Of a stretch of DNA of 64,000 bases, positions 61,801-64,000 are shown in pieces (positions within the stretch are counted from its first letter, which is position 1; every line of letters starts with the position of its first letter). The position numbers were made by a program, and so were the translations under genes. This DNA comes from Gammaproteobacteria bacterium. GTDB lineage: Bacteria > Pseudomonadota > Gammaproteobacteria > Xanthomonadales > Wenzhouxiangellaceae. The stretch lies in the NCBI GenBank assembly GCA_021772985.1, contig JAJFKX010000014.1, forward strand, positions 78,481 to 142,480, written 5' to 3'. Under the pieces are notes generated by a model. The model ran no database searches. It saw nothing but the letters and a program-made list of their open reading frames with translations, and was not told where the DNA came from.

Positions 61801-64000
61801 CAACTCCAAGGTCTGCAAGCATTGTATAAACTTGACTGGCTGACGCGCCTGTCGGGCCCAGTAACTGCCATCGGCAATACCTGCATCAGCCCATTGGCCA
61901 TCCAGGTTGGATAACATCGGAATCATTGGTGATTGCAGTTTAAAATCTGCCAGTAATTGTTTAATGCCAGCACTGGCCTGATCCATATGGGATGAGTGAA
62001 ATGCCCGATCGGTAGGCAACAACCTGCTGTCGATACCCTGTGAGGCAAGCGCTGCACGGGTTGCCTCAAGCTCCTCGCAACTGCCGGAAATCACCGTAAT
62101 CCGGGTACCATTGTTGGCGGCTATCTGCGCCTCCGGGCCAAGTTCAGCAGTCACTTCCTGTGCTGTGGCAAACACCGCCAGCATTGCGCCTTCAGGGGCT
62201 GCCTGCATTAATTCACCACGCGCCACCACCAGACGCACTGCCTGTTCCAGACTGAACACACCGGCAATACAGGCAGCGGTAATTTCACCCAAACTGTGCC
62301 CCAGTAAAGCAGCCGGCCGAATACCTATCGACATCAATAACTGTGTCAGACTGTACTGCGCAGCAAACAGCGCCGGTTGCAATACCATGGTTGATCGAAG
62401 CTGTCTGCCTGGCCCACCGGATTCGTTCAGCATCAATTGCCGCAGATCCAGACCGGACTGACCGGCAACCAGTTCTGCACAATGATCGAATGCCTGTCGA
62501 TAAACCGGCCAGCGTTGATACAACCCGGCACTATGGCTGGCCAGCTCCAGCCCCTGTCCAGGGAACAAAAACACCACCCGACCGGTGCTATTGTGAGTCG
62601 CAGGAACTATCGGCTGGCTGTGCGCGAGCTGCAGTTGCTGCTGCAGTTCAGCCACCGAACCTGCAACCACAACGCTCCGATAGCGCATCGCCGGGCGACC
62701 ACTTTGCAGGGTATAGACCAGATCGGCAAAATCAATATCCGGATCTGCTGACAGGTGATCCGCCAAAGCCTGTTGGCGTTGCCTGAGTGCTGTTTCGGTA
62801 TCTCCGGATAACACCACCAGCTGTGCTGATCTTTCGGTTTCCGAGACTGCCGATGCCTGTGCTGCTGGCAGATAATCCTGCAGCACTACATGCGCATTGG
62901 TGCCGCCTATTCCAAACGAGCTGACACCGGCAAAGCGCTTACCTGGTACTGCCGGCCAGTCGCTCAGTCCGGTCTGAATCCGGAAACGGGCCGGATCCAG
63001 TTTGATTTGTTCGTTCAGCCCGGAAAAGTTGATAGTGGGTGGCAACTGGCCATGTTGCAGACTGAGCACCACTTTGGCCAGGCCGGTAATGCCGGCAGCG
63101 GTGTCCAGATGCCCCAGATTGGATTTCACCGAGCCCAGTCCACAGACCGCGTCGGGTTCCGGCCCGACTGCAAATACCTGCTGCAAGGCAGCCACCTCAA
63201 CAGGGTCTCCCAACCGGGTACCGGTGCCGTGGGCTTCTACATAGCTCAACTGTTGCGGTGCAACCCCGGCCTGCTTCAGGGCAGCAGAAATCACATTCGC
63301 CTGGCCGGTCACGCTGGGTGCGGTAAAACCCAATTTGTCATGTCCATCATTGTTGACTGCCGAGCCCCGAATCAAAGCATGTATAGGATCACCATCACGT
63401 TCGGCCGCTGACAACGGCTTAAGCAATACACAACAACCGCCACTGCCGAATACCGTGCCTGCTGCGTCCCGATCAAAAGGCCGGCAGTGACCATCCGGCG
63501 ACATGATGCCTCCCTCCCTGAATATGTAGCCGGTATTTTGTGGTACCGCGATTTTCACCGCCCCCGCCAGAGCCATCTCGCATTCGCCCTGGCGCAGACT
63601 GGTGCAAGCCTGATGTACCGCCACCAACCCGGTGGAACAAGCAGTACCCACACTCAGGGAAGGGCCGCGCAAGTTCAGCAGATAGGAAATCCGGGTGGCT
63701 GCATAGTCCTTGTCATTGGCATACAACAATTCCAGCGGCGATATGGAATTCAGTATTTCGTTGCGGTTCGGCCACAGGTTATAAATCAGGTAAGAACTGA
63801 TACCAACGCCGGCAAACAAACCAACATCAACCAGCATATTTTGGTAGTCATAACCGGCCTCTTCCAATGTCTGGTAGGCCAATTCCAGCAACACCCGTTG
63901 TTGTGGGTCGATCAACTCAACCTCGCGGGCGGAAAGACCGAAAAAGTCAGCGTCGAAATCCTCAATGCCGTTAATCAGGCTGGCTTTGCTGACGTAACTT
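58870..64000 (-). CDS. Type I polyketide synthase, KS-AT-KR-carrier-TE, with its N-terminus beyond the right edge
   Basis: The reading frame continues upstream of the track's TTG (EDFDADFFGLSAREVELIDPQQR). KS motifs: GTACSTGLVA, EAHGTGTRLGDPVE, SNLGHLDTAAG. AT motif: GHSLGE. KR motifs: YVITGGLGGIG, YAYAAANAF. Carrier: FELGGTSLQALQ. TE motifs: LYLMHPIGGQ, GSSFGGMIA. Confidence 0.9.
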   Translation of the reverse strand, partial: SYVSKASLINGIEDFDADFFGLSAREVELIDPQQRVLLELAYQTLEEAGYDYQNMLVDVGLFAGVGISSYLIYNLWPNRNEILNSISPLELLYANDKDYAATRISYLLNLRGPSLSVGTACSTGLVAVHQACTSLRQGECEMALAGAVKIAVPQNTGYIFREGGIMSPDGHCRPFDRDAAGTVFGSGGCCVLLKPLSAAERDGDPIHALIRGSAVNNDGHDKLGFTAPSVTGQANVISAALKQAGVAPQQLSYVEAHGTGTRLGDPVEVAALQQVFAVGPEPDAVCGLGSVKSNLGHLDTAAGITGLAKVVLSLQHGQLPPTINFSGLNEQIKLDPARFRIQTGLSDWPAVPGKRFAGVSSFGIGGTNAHVVLQDYLPAAQASAVSETERSAQLVVLSGDTETALRQRQQALADHLSADPDIDFADLVYTLQSGRPAMRYRSVVVAGSVAELQQQLQLAHSQPIVPATHNSTGRVVFLFPGQGLELASHSAGLYQRWPVYRQAFDHCAELVAGQSGLDLRQLMLNESGGPGRQLRSTMVLQPALFAAQYSLTQLLMSIGIRPAALLGHSLGEITAACIAGVFSLEQAVRLVVARGELMQAAPEGAMLAVFATAQEVTAELGPEAQIAANNGTRITVISGSCEELEATRAALASQGIDSRLLPTDRAFHSSHMDQASAGIKQLLADFKLQSPMIPMLSNLDGQWADAGIADGSYWARQARQPVKFIQCLQTLELTASDVVIELDLNASLTRLVMANNPELAPVLVTASPEFKPEVAADRRLLALLGFAWQRGCVLDWNGINPQHNRKKLHLPVYAFSRQRYWIQRPQAGADRQQALTRRNAAAQWLYQPAWMQRSGLARLTEKQLLASHWVVFVSEQETAVELAAVKYLLAAACRVVIFKTSTAMDPELKPLTLVLEGADPEQLQLICAGLAEGFSGSCNILYGWAMQLQGSTESESVALALCRVARVAAAFDSSAVKLCVVTENNQPVTDPIDAAPAQAVFSGALQVLQREHTELECRLLDVDKTFLQNPQQGQQLLQECLDAGGELCMARRNDQRWARAFCRYPAPSLPEVLETGAVYVITGGLGGIGALLAEHLITNRGCKVALIGRTPLNDQTGDGLDTVVSDKQLNRYQYLNELQPGLLYHAVDVADVDAVQQSLGAIKQKLGVPQAIIHAAGSVDGQLAELHSTTTIAGVLKPKLEGSLNIMQAAASHGIGRVVLFSSISAVTGEVGQYAYAAANAFQDALAEHCNLFPGVDCFSINWDTWRDVGMAAESAVDGVAGAALAGLRERGLANLEGLELFDLLVSSATQRVLVSTVDLDARIQSDIEISKVTAPASTGASYPRPALDNVLVEPQGELETSLSLLWAQALRLQQVGVCDNYFELGGTSLQALQVVAAIESEINLRVAASALLERPTIRELAAYLEDRQSWDRQPDADQLLVALAHSETANSEPLYLMHPIGGQVYLYRELAGLLSDTVNTYAVRAAGIQTLDSTAASVESLASDYLAQIKSARGTTPKLLGGSSFGGMIAYAMAQQLAAAGKPPALLIMLDTPDAGEIAGRFSSDLQLLHYLADQMPEFSWLKMLLGQSDPSAVQAMLEMQNEAGGGATNLYAHLSVLKQHMQSMQAYTAQPYAFPVVYIKAAQRRAGIDPPSPEIAWQQRIAQFTLEQVNGDHISMHMAPHVAEVAAVIKGAISTLSPERRIRSAGS

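Noticed and set aside
58870-63915. Track start (translated as M) of the 1681-aa PKS ORF
   Set aside because: The codon is an internal TTG (Leu) of the KS motif VELIDPQQR. The frame stays open to position 64000, so the gene is 5'-truncated by the window.

Overview
Chromosomal segment, most likely from a gammaproteobacterium. That placement is inferred from tyrS / M23 peptidase / anmK synteny, sigma-54 machinery and MacAB-like exporters; GC is roughly 50% by eye. I see about 50 protein-coding genes and one cobalamin riboswitch, and no rRNA, tRNA, CRISPR array, transposase or integrase. Left to right: (1) 1-6811, a minus-strand operon of a TPR/beta-barrel outer-membrane protein, a FecR-domain protein, and the first 1479 codons of a giant CSLREA/DUF11/Ig-like adhesin. 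The adhesin runs off the window and is missing from the supplied ORF track. (2) 6989-15055, a sigma-54-type promoter, a HlyD-ABC-FtsX-FtsX exporter operon, and an NtrC-type regulator plus sensor kinase. (3) 15190-19564, a B12 riboswitch and btuB operon that continues with a small membrane protein, a Dph6/MJ0570-like PP-loop ATPase and a signal-less BtuF-like protein. (4) 19597-29657, a mixed set: cytochrome c, AAC(6')-like GNAT, VOC protein, ArsR+SRPBCC pair, lipoprotein Ntn-acylase, membrane-anchored AraC regulator, tyrS, M23 peptidase and anmK. (5) 29939-38038, a seven-gene minus-strand operon: PvdQ-like acylase, small secreted protein, type II thioesterase and a second HlyD-ABC-FtsX-FtsX exporter. 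(6) 38199-53447, a visibly more AT-rich block. It holds GntR plus a membrane protein, three beta-propeller genes, two tandem 62-aa paralogous peptides, a SAM methyltransferase, a Cys-less FGE-like protein, an 87-aa orphan, and a TIR-TM-WD40 protein built from 12 near-identical 126-bp repeats. It also holds secreted proteins, a serine hydrolase and an ABM-like+ArsR pair. (7) 53585-64000, minus-strand polyketide genes: a free-standing KS lacking the HGTGT histidine, a P450, FAAL-ACP, and a KS-AT-KR-T-TE synthase that runs off the right edge. The best candidates for something not yet characterised are two loci. One is the membrane-spanning TIR / hypervariable WD40 gene (46418-49381). The other is the adjacent cassette of tandem peptides, beta-propeller, methyltransferase and FGE-like protein (41889-46083). 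All functional calls rest on motifs I read by eye; no database search was run.
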